DNA of 64,000 bases from Polyangiaceae bacterium (GCA_965222375.1 CBDCTZ010000012.1:64001-128000); one strand, 5' to 3'; positions 31,180-39,660 are shown, numbered from the stretch's first letter. Notes: a model not told the origin generated them from the letters alone. Made by a program: numbers and translations.

Positions 31180-31668
31180 ATGGAAGACACAGAACTAGAT
31201 CCCGGAGCCCTGGATACGGATCACATCGAAGTCAGCACGCTCAGCATCGACGACCTCGACTGGATGGTGAGCATCGATCGTCGATACTTCGGCCGGTCAC
31301 GAGCCGAGTACTTCAAGAAGAAGCTCGAAGAGGTCCAAAAGGACACGGGGATTCGGATCTCCCTTGCGGCTCGTCTGGACAAGCAGCCCGCGGGTTTCCT
31401 GATGGGTCGGCTCTACTACGGCGAATTCGGACTGCCCGAGCCCGTGGCCATCATCGACTCCCTCGGGGTGGCGGAGGCCTTCGCGGGCAAGAAGGTCGCC
31501 AAAGCGCTCATGCGTCAGCTGGTCATGAACCTGCGGGGTCTCGGCATCCAGCGCATCCAGACCCAAGTGGACTGGGACCAGGGGGATCTGATCGCGTTTT
31601 TCCGCCAGTCCGGGTTTTCCCCAGCCCCGCGATTGTGTCTGGAGCTGGATCTAGCTAAATCTGGGTGA
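31180..31668 (+). CDS. GNAT acetyltransferase (BadL-like by context)
   Basis: GNAT fold (IIDSLGV...GKKVAKALM, FF..SGF); GEFG motif; lies between bcrD and hcrC. Confidence 0.8.
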   Translation: MEDTELDPGALDTDHIEVSTLSIDDLDWMVSIDRRYFGRSRAEYFKKKLEEVQKDTGIRISLAARLDKQPAGFLMGRLYYGEFGLPEPVAIIDSLGVAEAFAGKKVAKALMRQLVMNLRGLGIQRIQTQVDWDQGDLIAFFRQSGFSPAPRLCLELDLAKSG

Positions 31669-31685
31669 CCCTGCGGGGCACCCGA

Positions 31686-32261
31686 ATGGCCGAAGACCAA
31701 GAGCCAGCGCCTGGAGCGGGCCAGCTCGTGCCGCTCAACCTCGTCATCAACGGCGATGACGCGCAGATCTCTGCGCCCGCCCATTGGACGCTGCTGGAAG
31801 TGCTGCGCTACCAGCTCGGCCTCACCGGGAGCAAGCAGGGCTGCGACAAGGGCGACTGTGGCGCCTGCACGGTCCTGCTCGACGGCGAGCCCGTGCTGGC
31901 CTGCTTGACCCTGGCAGCGACGGTGCAGGGCAGGCAAGTCACCACCATCGAAGGGCTAGCCCCGGCCCACAAGCGGGCTGCGGGCCAAGGCGTGGACCCG
32001 GTCCAGGACGCCTTCGACCGCACCGGCGCGTTGCAGTGCGGCTTCTGCCAGCCCGGCATGATTTTGTCGACCCGGGCGCTTCTCAACAAGAACAAGCGCC
32101 CGACAAGAGGCGAAATCCAACACGCACTGAGCGGCAACCTGTGCCGCTGCACGGGCTACACGCAGATCTTCGAGGCGGTCGAAATGGCGGCTGCGACCCT
32201 TCGAGGCGAAGAACCTCCTGGGCCAGCCTGGCGCTTCGCGGACAGCGTGTCAGAGGAATAG
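31686..32261 (+). CDS. hcrC: 4-hydroxybenzoyl-CoA reductase gamma (2x[2Fe-2S]) subunit
   Basis: KQGCDKGDCGACT, QCGFC, GNLCRCTGY. Confidence 0.85.
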   Translation: MAEDQEPAPGAGQLVPLNLVINGDDAQISAPAHWTLLEVLRYQLGLTGSKQGCDKGDCGACTVLLDGEPVLACLTLAATVQGRQVTTIEGLAPAHKRAAGQGVDPVQDAFDRTGALQCGFCQPGMILSTRALLNKNKRPTRGEIQHALSGNLCRCTGYTQIFEAVEMAAATLRGEEPPGPAWRFADSVSEE

Positions 32262-32263
32262 AC

Positions 32264-34618
32264 ATGGGTGCCAGAGATCAGCACGGCGAAGGCCCGCCCT
32301 GGGGCGACGACTTCAGCGTCGTCGGCAAGCCCGCGCGCAAGGTCGACGGCCTGGCCAAGGCCACGGGTGAGGCGGTTTACACCGACGACATCGTGCTGCC
32401 CGGCATGCTGCACGCCAAGACTCTGCGCAGCCCCCACCCCCACGCGCGGATCAAGTGCATCGATGCCGAAAAAGCGTTGGCCATGCCCGGCGTGCACGCG
32501 GTGATCACCGGGCAAGATTTGCCCATTCGCTACGGCGTGTTGCCCTGGACCCAAGACGAACACGCGCTCGCTCTCGACAAGGTGCGCTTCGTTGGTGATC
32601 CGGTTGCTGCGGTCGCCGCGGTTGACGAAGACACGGCAAACGACGCGCTGGGCGCCATCGAGGTCGAATACGAGCTCTTGCCCACCCACTACGATCCCGT
32701 GGAGTCCATGAACGCCGGCGCGCCGCTGATCCACGAGGACCGCAAGAGCAACGTCAGCAAGCACGTGCTGCTCGAGTTCGGAGACGTGGACAAGAGCCTC
32801 GAGTCCGCGGACGTCGTGGTCGATGACGTCTACGAATTCCACGGCACCGCCCACGCCCCTATGGAGCCCCATTGCGCCGTGGCTCGGATGGGCGCGGACG
32901 ACGTGCTCACGGTGTGGAGCTCCACCCAGATCACCCACTACGTGCACCGCACCCTGGCGCAGGTGCTCGAACTGCCCGAGCAAAAGGTGCGCGTGATTCA
33001 GCCCTGCCTGGGTGGCGGCTTCGGTGGCAAGAGCGACCCCTTCAGCTTCGAGCTCTGCGTCGCGAAGCTCGCCATGGTCACCGGCCGTCCCGTCAAGATG
33101 CTCTATACCCGCGAAGAGGTGTTCTACACCCATCGCGGGCGCCACCCGATGCATATGCGCTTCCGCACTGGCGCGACTCGGGATGGCAAGCTGCTTGGCC
33201 TCGACGCCAAGATCATCATCGATGGCGGCTCCTACAGCTCCTTCGGTCTGGTCACGACCTACTATTCCGGCCAGCTGCTCGCAGGTCCCTACGAGCTGGG
33301 AGCCATGCGCTTCGACTCGACCCGGGTGTTCACCAACAAGCCGCCCTGCGGCCCGAAGCGGGGCCACGGCGCCGTGCAGCCACGCTTTGCTTTCGAGGTG
33401 CAGCTGGACGAGCTGTGCCTGCGCCTGGGGGTCGACCCCATCGAGCTGCGTCGCAAGACCGCGTTGACCGGCAAGGTGCAGACCATCAACGGCCAGCGCA
33501 TCACCTCCAACGGTTTCACCCAGTGTCTGGATGCCGTGGAAAAGGCAAGCGGCTGGGCGAAGCGGCGCGGCAAGCTGCCCTACGGGCGCGGCCTGGGCGT
33601 GGCTGGCTCTACCTACATCTCTGGTACGAACTATCCCGTCTACCCGAACGAAATGCCTCAAGCCGGCATCATGCTGAAGGTCGATCGCTCCGGCCTGGTC
33701 ACGGCCTTCACCGGTGGCAACGATATCGGCCAAGGCTCGAGCACGGTGGTGCGCATGCTCGTCGCAGAAGAGCTCGGCCTCGAGTTGGACCACGTACGCG
33801 TCGTCGCGGCGGACACGGATCTCTGCCCGGTGGACCTGGGCGCTTACTCCAGCCGAGTGACCTTCATGGTCGGCAACGCCACCCTGGATGCCTGCCGCAA
33901 GCTACGCGCTCAAATCGTGCGCGCGGTTGCCGAGGAGTGGGAAGTCGACAAGTCCCGGGTGCGCATGGCTCAGGGGAGTGTGACGGATCGCAAGGACGCC
34001 GAGCATCTCATGTCCGTCAAAGACGCCTTCCGCCTGGCGGAGGCCAAGTTCGACACCCTCGGCGCCACCGGCGCTTACAATACGCCGAAGCTCGGCGGTG
34101 AGTATCGCGGCGGCACCATCGGCGCGTCGCCGGCGTATTCGTACACGGCCCACGTTGCGGAAGTCAGCGTGGATGTGGAGACCGGCCGCATTCACTGTGA
34201 CCGGATTTGGCTGGCCCACGATTGCGGCCGGGCACTGAACCCGACTCTGGTTGCGGGGCAGATGGACGGCTCCGCCTACATGGGGGCTGCCGAAGTCGTG
34301 ATGGAGCACCACGCGGTGGATGAGCGTGGCTTGCACTGCGGGCCGTCGCTGCTCGACTATCGCATCCCCACGTCCATGGACGTCCCGGAGCTCACTTCCC
34401 TCATCGTCGAGAGCGTCGACCCCGAGGGGCCCTATGGCGCCAAGGAGGCCGGGGAAGGGCCGCTGCATCCTTCGCTGCCGGCAATCGCCAACGCCGTCTA
34501 CGACGCGGTCGGGATCCGGATGCGCTCCCTACCCTTTACCCCCGCCAAAGTGCTTGCAGCCTTGCGCGCGGCCGAAGCCGAGCGCGAGCAAAAGACTGCC
34601 AGCGTCGGAGCCGAATAG
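32264..34618 (+). CDS. hcrA: 4-hydroxybenzoyl-CoA reductase alpha (molybdopterin) subunit
   Basis: Xanthine oxidase-family large subunit: GGGFGGK, RGHG, YSSRVT, GAKEAGEG; RBS before ATG 32264. Confidence 0.85.
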   Translation: MGARDQHGEGPPWGDDFSVVGKPARKVDGLAKATGEAVYTDDIVLPGMLHAKTLRSPHPHARIKCIDAEKALAMPGVHAVITGQDLPIRYGVLPWTQDEHALALDKVRFVGDPVAAVAAVDEDTANDALGAIEVEYELLPTHYDPVESMNAGAPLIHEDRKSNVSKHVLLEFGDVDKSLESADVVVDDVYEFHGTAHAPMEPHCAVARMGADDVLTVWSSTQITHYVHRTLAQVLELPEQKVRVIQPCLGGGFGGKSDPFSFELCVAKLAMVTGRPVKMLYTREEVFYTHRGRHPMHMRFRTGATRDGKLLGLDAKIIIDGGSYSSFGLVTTYYSGQLLAGPYELGAMRFDSTRVFTNKPPCGPKRGHGAVQPRFAFEVQLDELCLRLGVDPIELRRKTALTGKVQTINGQRITSNGFTQCLDAVEKASGWAKRRGKLPYGRGLGVAGSTYISGTNYPVYPNEMPQAGIMLKVDRSGLVTAFTGGNDIGQGSSTVVRMLVAEELGLELDHVRVVAADTDLCPVDLGAYSSRVTFMVGNATLDACRKLRAQIVRAVAEEWEVDKSRVRMAQGSVTDRKDAEHLMSVKDAFRLAEAKFDTLGATGAYNTPKLGGEYRGGTIGASPAYSYTAHVAEVSVDVETGRIHCDRIWLAHDCGRALNPTLVAGQMDGSAYMGAAEVVMEHHAVDERGLHCGPSLLDYRIPTSMDVPELTSLIVESVDPEGPYGAKEAGEGPLHPSLPAIANAVYDAVGIRMRSLPFTPAKVLAALRAAEAEREQKTASVGAE

Positions 34619-35619
34619 TGCTGCGCCTACCGCGTTTCGGAGTCGTCACCCCCGACTCGGTCGAGGAAGTGGTCTCCCTCCTCACGGAGCACGGATCCGA
34701 TGCGCGGCTTATTGCTGGCGGCACGGATCTAGTGCCCAACCTCAAGCACCGGATTGAAGAGCCCAAGCTACTGATCAGCCTGGTGCGACTGTCGCAGCTG
34801 TCGGGCATTTGTTCCACGGACGAGGGCGGCTTCGAAGTCGGCGCCATGACCCGGCTGATCGACGTGGCCCATCACGCCGAATTGCGCCAGCGCGCGCCAG
34901 CGCTTGCGGCGGCGGCTGCGTGCGTTGCCGGTCCGCAGATCCGCAACATGGCCACCTTGGGTGGCAACGTGCTGCTCGACACGCGCTGTCGCTACATCAA
35001 CCAAACCCATTTCTGGCGCCAATCCCTGGGCTTTTGCCTCAAAAAAGACGGGACCCTGTGCCACGTGATCTCGGGCGGCAAGAAGTGCGTGGCGGCTGCG
35101 TCCAGCGACACGGTGCCGGCGCTGTTCACCTTGGGAGCAACCCTCAAGGCCGTGAGCGCCGAAGGCACGCGCCAACTTCCCATCGAAGAGCTGTACACCA
35201 CCGACGGCATCAAACACACCACGCTTCGTCCGGATGAGCTCCTGGTCTCGGTTCAACTCCCAGCGCAGAACCCCGGTCATCGCGGCGCCTACGAAAAGCT
35301 CCGCGACCGTGGTGCCATCGATTTCCCGGAGCTTGGCCTGGCCGTACGCCTGGATGTGCAGGACGACATCGTCGTCGGGGTCGATGTCGCAGTCACCGCT
35401 CTACAAGCCCGCCCCCGACGGGTGACCCGCATCGCCGATCTCATCGTGGGCAAGGCGGCCAGCGGCGCGGCCTTTTCCGACGCCGTGGAGCGCGTTGCCG
35501 AACGCGCCTTCGCGCAGTGTCACCCCATGCCCAACGTGCCTGGGGATAGCGACTACCGCCAAGAGATGGTGCGCGTCTTGTGCCGACGAGCGCTCATGGC
35601 TGCTGCAGGTCCGGCCTAA
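34618..35619 (+). CDS. hcrB: 4-hydroxybenzoyl-CoA reductase beta (FAD/[4Fe-4S]) subunit
   Basis: AGGTDL, QIRNMATLGGN, and the 4-Cys insert CRYINQ..WR...C.K..G..CHV.....C typical of HcrB. Confidence 0.88.
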   Translation: MLRLPRFGVVTPDSVEEVVSLLTEHGSDARLIAGGTDLVPNLKHRIEEPKLLISLVRLSQLSGICSTDEGGFEVGAMTRLIDVAHHAELRQRAPALAAAAACVAGPQIRNMATLGGNVLLDTRCRYINQTHFWRQSLGFCLKKDGTLCHVISGGKKCVAAASSDTVPALFTLGATLKAVSAEGTRQLPIEELYTTDGIKHTTLRPDELLVSVQLPAQNPGHRGAYEKLRDRGAIDFPELGLAVRLDVQDDIVVGVDVAVTALQARPRRVTRIADLIVGKAASGAAFSDAVERVAERAFAQCHPMPNVPGDSDYRQEMVRVLCRRALMAAAGPA

Positions 35620-36209
35620 TGCCTGTGATCGGAGTCGTCCTTGCGGCGGGACAAAGCAAACGCGCCCATGCGCCCAAAGCGCTGTTCGAACTCGACGAGG
35701 ACACCCTGGTCGAGCGCGCCATTGGCACGCTGTTGCGAGCTGGCATCGGCCAAGTTTGCCTCGTCGTCGGCCCGCCCCATGCCGACGCCATCCGCGCAGT
35801 CGTGGGCGGTGTCACCTGGCTCGACAACCCTGACCCCAGCCGCGGCATGTTCTCCTCGGTGCAGGTCGCGGCGAGTCACGCTCTGGCGCAACCCGATGTG
35901 TCCGGCCTGGTGCTCTCCCTGCTCGACCACCCACGGGTCAAGCCCGACACAGTGCGCGCCCTGCTCGCCGGTGGCAAAGAAGGCGCCGATGTGGCCCGCC
36001 CCGTGCGCCGAGGCCAGCGCGGACACCCCATATTTCTCTCCCGCGCCGCCCTCAAAGCGATCTCCAAAGCCACGCCGGACGAGCGCCTCTCCGACATCAT
36101 CCGCGAGCAACCCACGCTGCTCGACGTCGAGGTGAACGACGAAGGCGTCCTGGACGATCTAGATACGGCGGTCGAGTTGCTCCAAGCCGGCGCCCGTTCC
36201 CCCGACTGA
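35619..36209 (+). CDS. mocA: Molybdenum cofactor cytidylyltransferase-like NTP transferase
   Basis: LAAGQSKR..PK, GMFSS, GHPI, DLDT motifs; directly follows an MCD-type molybdoenzyme. Confidence 0.75.
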   Translation: MPVIGVVLAAGQSKRAHAPKALFELDEDTLVERAIGTLLRAGIGQVCLVVGPPHADAIRAVVGGVTWLDNPDPSRGMFSSVQVAASHALAQPDVSGLVLSLLDHPRVKPDTVRALLAGGKEGADVARPVRRGQRGHPIFLSRAALKAISKATPDERLSDIIREQPTLLDVEVNDEGVLDDLDTAVELLQAGARSPD

Positions 36210-36213
36210 GTGA

Positions 36214-36285
36214 GATTTGGTTTTTGGGGTCGAGCGCTGGGGCGGCGTTGGGCCCCTACTCTCGAATTAGGCCCGGCGGGGGCGC
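36214..36285. repeat. Dispersed ~65-bp intergenic repeat, copy B
   Basis: Aligns to 6396-6465. Confidence 0.6.
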
Positions 36286-36366
36286 TGGGGGCGAGCTCGG
36301 GCGCGAGCGTGAGGGCGAGCGCGGGCGTAGGCGTCGTGAGATCGTACTCGTGCTCGTACTCGTAGT
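36286..36366. repeat. Degenerate hexamer tract
   Basis: 6-nt periodic GAGCGT/GGGCGA/TCGTAC units; 24-mer at 36305-36328 recurs exactly at 38668-38691. Confidence 0.75.
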
Positions 36367-36382
36367 GGATCGTCCTCCCTTG

Positions 36383-36471
36383 GTGAGTTTGATTCTGTCT
36401 GCGTGCTCGATCGCGTCAAGGCCTTCGCCGGCTACGCCGGTGGCTGCTTCGCAGCCAGCCTTGACGCGATC
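36383..36471 (+). repeat. Structured repeat unit 1 (three-way-junction hairpin)
   Basis: Perfect 14-bp stem 36409-36422/36458-36471 enclosing two short hairpins; homologous to 38159-38247. Confidence 0.85.
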
Positions 36472-36614
36472 TGCGCGACATGGACCTAGGAGAACTGCGG
36501 CTTACCGAAGTCGCCTGACCAATACGTAACCCAAAACCCGCTCAACCCGTCAGCCGGGATAGAGGTACCTATGTCCTGTCCTGCTCCGGGCGTGAGCGTG
36601 AGCACGGGCGAGGG

Positions 36615-38106
36615 CTCAAGATCTATCACATCTTGCCAAGCGCAAAGGGCTGTGATCAAAGCTTCAAATGGCTGAAGGAAAGCGGATCGCTTGGGTTGAA
36701 AAAGACTTTGGAGGCGCGGAGCTCGGGGACGCGAGACGTTCTGCCCGGTTGCTCCAAGTGGTTGACGCGGTTGCACGGCAGCCCGGCCTGGGATTCCCTC
36801 GTGCCTTCGAATCCACTGCCGAATTGGAGGGCTTCTATCGATTTATCAACAACGACGCGTTCGACGGACAGGCAGTTCTGAAGCCGCATCGAAAAGCAAC
36901 GCAGGCACGTGCGGAAGCTTCCGACGGCGTGCTGTTCATTCACGACACGACGACGGTTGAGTTTCGGGGAGAGGGAACGCGCGAAGGGCTAGGATATACG
37001 ACCGCTCTTGGTCGTCAGGGATTCATGGCCCATGTGTCGCTGTGTATCAGCGCCTCGAGTGGTCTTCCTCTCGGGATCAGCAACATCGAGACTTACACAC
37101 GCACCGGGAAGACTTGGAGAAAACGAAAGAAGAAGCGGTCCGCAAGGCGTGACGGTGAGCCGCGCGAATCGGCACGATGGTTGCGTGGCGTGACTGCGTC
37201 GGAAACGGAGGCGCTTCGAGGCCGAGCAATCCACATCATGGATGCCGAGGCGGACTTCTTCGACCTCATGCGGCAGCTGACGAGCGAATCTTCGCGATTT
37301 GTCATCCGCGCTGGGCAGCTGGAGCGCCTCGTGCACGACGAAGGTGAACTCGTCCACCTACGCCAAGCGGTTGATGGACTCAAAGCCGTTGCACATCGAG
37401 ACGTCTTCTTGAGCGAGCGGAAACGGAACGTGAAAACGCAGGGAGCAAAAGGCCGGAAGAAGCACCCACCGCGAGACGCGCGAACCGCCCGTGTTGCCAT
37501 TGCTGGAACAACTGTTTCCTTCGGAAAGACCCGGTACACGCGCCATGCGGGAGGGAGTTTCGAGCTGAATGTCGTGCGTGCATGGGAGGTCTCTCCACCA
37601 CCGGGCGAGGACCCCGTTGATTGGATTCTTCTCACGTCCGAGCCGGTAGGAACCCAAGCGCAGCTCAAAAGAATCGCCGACCTGTATTGCAAGCGATGGA
37701 CGATTGAGGACTACTTCAAAGCGCTAAAAACAGGCTGTTCACTCGAACGAAGGCAGGTGGAGTCCTACGATGCGCTCCGCAAGGTCCTGGCAATTCTTGC
37801 CCCCATCGCATGCCGGCTTCTCTGGCTGCGAGCGATGGACCGAACGAATTCCAACGCGCCGGCAGCCAGTGCATTTGATGCAGTGAGTCTCGAACTGCTC
37901 CAACGAGACCGTGCAACCCGCGGCATGCGTCCGCCAAGAACAGTAGGTGATGCCGTCGCCCTACTTGCCCGGCTGGGTGGCCATATCAAGAACAACGGGC
38001 CACCGGGTTGGATGACGCTGGGGCGCGGCTACGAAAAGCTTCTGCTCCTGAAAGCTGGGTGGCACATGGCCTTCGATTCCATCCAGAAAAAGTGATCAAT
38101 CATGAG
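36615..38106 (+). mobile_element. IS4-family (IS50/Tn5-like) insertion sequence, 1492 bp
   Basis: Imperfect TIRs CTCAAGATCTATCAC / GTGATCAATCATGAG (12/15); flanks CGGGCGAGGG / CGGGCGTGGG resemble a 10-bp TSD. Confidence 0.85.
36668..38095 (+). CDS. IS4-family DDE transposase
   Basis: LGDARR N-terminal domain, HDTT, DAEAD, Y..RW.IE.YFK.LK, LGG...GPPGW. Confidence 0.95.
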   Translation: MAEGKRIAWVEKDFGGAELGDARRSARLLQVVDAVARQPGLGFPRAFESTAELEGFYRFINNDAFDGQAVLKPHRKATQARAEASDGVLFIHDTTTVEFRGEGTREGLGYTTALGRQGFMAHVSLCISASSGLPLGISNIETYTRTGKTWRKRKKKRSARRDGEPRESARWLRGVTASETEALRGRAIHIMDAEADFFDLMRQLTSESSRFVIRAGQLERLVHDEGELVHLRQAVDGLKAVAHRDVFLSERKRNVKTQGAKGRKKHPPRDARTARVAIAGTTVSFGKTRYTRHAGGSFELNVVRAWEVSPPPGEDPVDWILLTSEPVGTQAQLKRIADLYCKRWTIEDYFKALKTGCSLERRQVESYDALRKVLAILAPIACRLLWLRAMDRTNSNAPAASAFDAVSLELLQRDRATRGMRPPRTVGDAVALLARLGGHIKNNGPPGWMTLGRGYEKLLLLKAGWHMAFDSIQKK

Positions 38107-38158
38107 CGGGCGTGGGCGGGAGCGCGTGGGCGGGCGCGGGCGTGTGGGCTATCCGCTT

Positions 38159-38247
38159 GTGAGTTTGATTCTGCCGGCGTGCTCGGTCGGTTCAAGGCCT
38201 TCGCCGGCTGCGCCGGTGGCTGCTTCGCAGCCAGCCTTGAGCCGACC
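38159..38247 (+). repeat. Structured repeat unit 2, in the leader of a four-helix-bundle gene
   Basis: Stem 38185-38198/38234-38247 with compensatory changes relative to unit 1. Confidence 0.85.
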
Positions 38248-38317
38248 TCCGCTCACCGGCGTGTGGGGTGGATGTCTTGAAAAGCGCGCTCGGCAGCGCG
38301 CAGAAAGGAACCTCCCC

Positions 38318-38641
38318 ATGCTCCGTATCTATCCAGTCAGTATTCAAGTGGCTCGGGAAGCTCGGCTGTTTGCCGACCGCATCGCTCGCTTCGACCGCGC
38401 GGCATCGGTGCAGCTGCGCAAGTCTCTTGGCTCGGTGGTCAACAACCTCGCGGAAGGCTCCGGCCTTCGTGCGGGGCGGCGAAGGCTTGCGTATGAAATC
38501 GCACTGGGCGAAGCACGAGAAGCGCTGGCCATTCTCGAGTTCGGCGAAGCCATGGGCTACTCGCCTCCCGTGCCTGCCGAGCTCCGCGCTCGCTTCAACC
38601 ACATCATCGGAACCCTAGTTCGAGTCGTGCACCGCCCCTAG
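38318..38641 (+). CDS. Four-helix-bundle protein (23S rRNA IVP/bAvd-like family)
   Basis: QLRKSLGSVVNNLAEG...YEIALGEAREA; RBS AGAAAGGA before ATG 38318. Confidence 0.85.
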   Translation: MLRIYPVSIQVAREARLFADRIARFDRAASVQLRKSLGSVVNNLAEGSGLRAGRRRLAYEIALGEAREALAILEFGEAMGYSPPVPAELRARFNHIIGTLVRVVHRP

Positions 38642-38766
38642 CGTCCGCTGATTCAGAACTCACAGCGGAGCGTGAGGGCGAGCGCGGGCGTGTGGGCGGG
38701 CGCGGGCGTGGGGGCGAGCGCCGGGGTTCGCGGTCGTGTTTCCCTTGCGCCGTGAAGCTCGAATGC

Positions 38767-39114
38767 TCACCGCGAGAGCGCGGTGAGCATGGCGTAGAGC
38801 GCGTTGCCGCGGTCGAGCACCCGTGGCAGCGCCTGCGCGGACGCATCGCCGGCCTCCACGGCGATTTCCGTGATGGCGATGGCCTCGACCACTTCGCCCC
38901 GAGCAATGCCGAAAACGCGAGCTTTATCCGCCCGCGACACGCGCCCTGTAGCTTCCGCCAAGTTCCGACACACCCCCTTCGCAGCGCGGATGGCTTGATC
39001 GCGGTCCACGCGGTCCCGGAGATTCGCGGCCTTCACAGCACGCAAGAACTCCAGCGCAACCCGATACGCCCGCAAACGATGATGCGGCAGTAATGATGTT
39101 GTGGATGCATTCAT
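38767..39114 (-). CDS. Four-helix-bundle protein (23S rRNA IVP/bAvd-like family)
   Basis: HHRLRAYRVA...DQAIRAAKGVCRNLAEA.GR...FGIARGE. Confidence 0.85.
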   Translation of the reverse strand: MNASTTSLLPHHRLRAYRVALEFLRAVKAANLRDRVDRDQAIRAAKGVCRNLAEATGRVSRADKARVFGIARGEVVEAIAITEIAVEAGDASAQALPRVLDRGNALYAMLTALSR

Positions 39115-39120
39115 AGTGAA

Positions 39121-39154
39121 TCAAAACCTCCTTCACCCCAGAAGGAGGTTTTGA
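39121..39154 (-). promoter_or_regulatory. Perfect 14-bp hairpin containing the Shine-Dalgarno sequence of the minus-strand four-helix gene
   Basis: Minus strand reads TCAAAACCTCCTTC-TGGGGT-GAAGGAGGTTTTGA-TTCACT-ATG. Confidence 0.7.
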
Positions 39155-39283
39155 AAACTGTGGCGGTGCGCGTTGGCGGTCGCTTTTACCGGGACTGGCG
39201 GCGCAACCCCCAAGTGCCAGCGAAAGCTGGCGCGGGGTTGCCAAGCTCCGCCGCAAGAACCGCACCCCACCGCACCGCGCGAG

Positions 39284-39660
39284 CGTCCGCGTCCTGCGTC
39301 CTGCGTCCAACGTCCTGCGTCCAACGTCCTGCGTCCAACGTCCCGCGTCCCCGTCCAACGTCCGCGTCTAGCGTCCGCGTCCAACGTCCAACGTCCCGCG
39401 TCCCCCTTCCCCGTCCAACGTCCCCGTCCAACGTCCGCGTCCAACGTCCGCGTCCAAACGTCCGCGTCTGCGTCCAAACGTCCGCGTCTGCGTCCAAACG
39501 TCCGCGTCTGCGTCCAAACGTCCGCGTCTGCGTCCAAACGTCCGCGTCTGCGTCCAAACGTCCGCGTCTGCGTCCAAACGTCCGCGTCTGCGTCCGCGTC
39601 CAGCGTCCGCGTCTGCGTTCAACGCTTACGTCCCGCGTCTCTCCCGTTGAGCGACGTCCG
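39284..39660. repeat. CGTCC-core tandem repeat tract including 7 exact copies of CGTCCAAACGTCCGCGTCTG (39451-39590)
   Basis: Read directly from the sequence. Confidence 0.95.

Noticed and set aside
31784..32263. N-terminal extension of the 944-aa ORF (apparent hcrA fusion)
   Set aside because: Overlaps hcrC in another frame; the RBS and ATG at 32264 give a normal-length subunit. The long upstream extensions of ORFs 4578, 19886, 50210-51598 and 61801 were trimmed for similar reasons.
31686..35619. Xanthine or CO dehydrogenase assignment
   Set aside because: The extra 4-Cys insert in the FAD subunit, the small-large-medium (C-A-B) gene order and adjacency to bcr favour 4-hydroxybenzoyl-CoA reductase.
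36383..38247. Structured repeats as ends of the IS or a composite transposon
   Set aside because: They are direct repeats outside the separately identifiable TIRs at 36615 and 38106.
38318..39114. Diversity-generating retroelement (Avd-like genes)
   Set aside because: No reverse transcriptase and no template/variable repeat pair with adenine-specific differences in the window.
39451..39590. Regular repeats resembling a CRISPR array
   Set aside because: Identical head-to-tail 20-mers with no unique spacers and no cas genes; a minisatellite.
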